Positions 63,126 to 64,000 of a stretch of DNA of 64,000 nucleotides are shown one piece after another (position 1 is the first letter of the stretch; every line of letters begins with the position of its first letter). The stretch is from the human T2T-CHM13v2.0 reference genome, Homo sapiens: the NCBI RefSeq assembly GCF_009914755.1, contig NC_060933.1. One strand, written 5' to 3'. Below the pieces are notes generated by a model. The model searched no databases. It saw nothing but the letters and a program-made list of their open reading frames with translations, and was not told the DNA's origin. A program made the translations under genes and the position numbers.

Positions 63126-64000
63126 ATCTAACCAAAATCCTTCCTCCCTGGATGGGACTACTATTGCCATTTCCAAAAAACAAAGCCCTCTAAATGCATG
63201 TCAATGGGGGGCTTCCCCCAGGTGGTTTATTATCCTGCTAAAAAGGCATCTTGGGGGAAGGATTCCAAGAATAGAGAGAGGAAGTCTCCTGACAGGTTAG
63301 ACTTCAAGGGTACAGAAAGAATATGGAAGAAAAAAGCCAAATCTGTCTCAGTTATTAGGTTTCGTAATTAAAGCAATTTAACTCAACTGAAGAATGCAAT
63401 TGAAGATTTCACATGAATCTTCAAATCCAAACATTAAGAAATAAAAGAAAGGCTTGTATTTTCTTATAACTAAGCTGCAATCCCCACAAAACACAAAAAT
63501 GTTTTCAAAGGTACATTACATGAAACTCCAAGAATATCAAGATAATTAGAGCTCTTAGGAAGGAAGCCCAAATAATTATCTCACTGATCTTTCAACACCT
63601 ATCCAAGCTTCACCTTGAGTTCTGATGCGGTAACTCCTTATTTGTTATTCACATTGTTATGTGACATTTCTTCAGCCAGCAAGCCCACTACAGGATGAGT
63701 TCTACCTAGTAACTACCCTAAGGAGTAAATTTCTAACTCTTTAACAACACAGTAATTGACTTACACTAAAATGTTACTCACACTAGGAAAGGATATTCTT
63801 CGACCAGAGGAAGAGATGCCTCTCCTATACAGACTTTATTACCATCTCAGTGAAAACCAGGTTAAAAGCAAACCAATTTACAAAACTGCATTACCGAAAT
63901 CACAACTCTAAGACTCAGTGAAGCCAAACATGTCTAAGGAAAGCAAATAAGCAAACTATTCTTGATGGAAGTTTTAAAAAGCACGATAGGATCTTTATCT

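Overview
Human (or great-ape) genomic DNA, about half of it interspersed repeats: roughly 50 Alus, two long old L1 blocks, MIR/L2 fragments, MaLR LTRs and DNA transposons. The window lies inside the minus-strand nuclear receptor gene NR6A1 (GCNF, 9q33.3 from recall). It is identified by the 42-nt coding exon 2 at 35556-35597, (G)FCQDELAELDPGT(I); 35598-64000 is intron 1 and 1-35555 is intron 2. The first ~0.9 kb probably holds the terminal exon of the antisense lncRNA MIR181A2HG. None of the supplied ORFs is a real gene by itself. Best findings: (1) an intact, in-frame 45-nt MIR-derived cassette exon at 20032-20076 (NEETDSLTLGQGHTA), matching the extra exon of mouse Nr6a1 that reference human NR6A1 lacks; (2) a chained DR5/DR5/DR1 retinoic-acid response element at 27427-27454; (3) a 3'UTR-only retrocopy that split an AluJ and then received three Alus at one ~27-bp site; (4) a tailless 5S rRNA retropseudogene with a 17-bp TSD; (5) a templated hairpin scar at an L1/LTR deletion junction; (6) competing inverted Alus around exon 2. 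Gene and repeat-family names come from my recall of the sequences, not from database searches.
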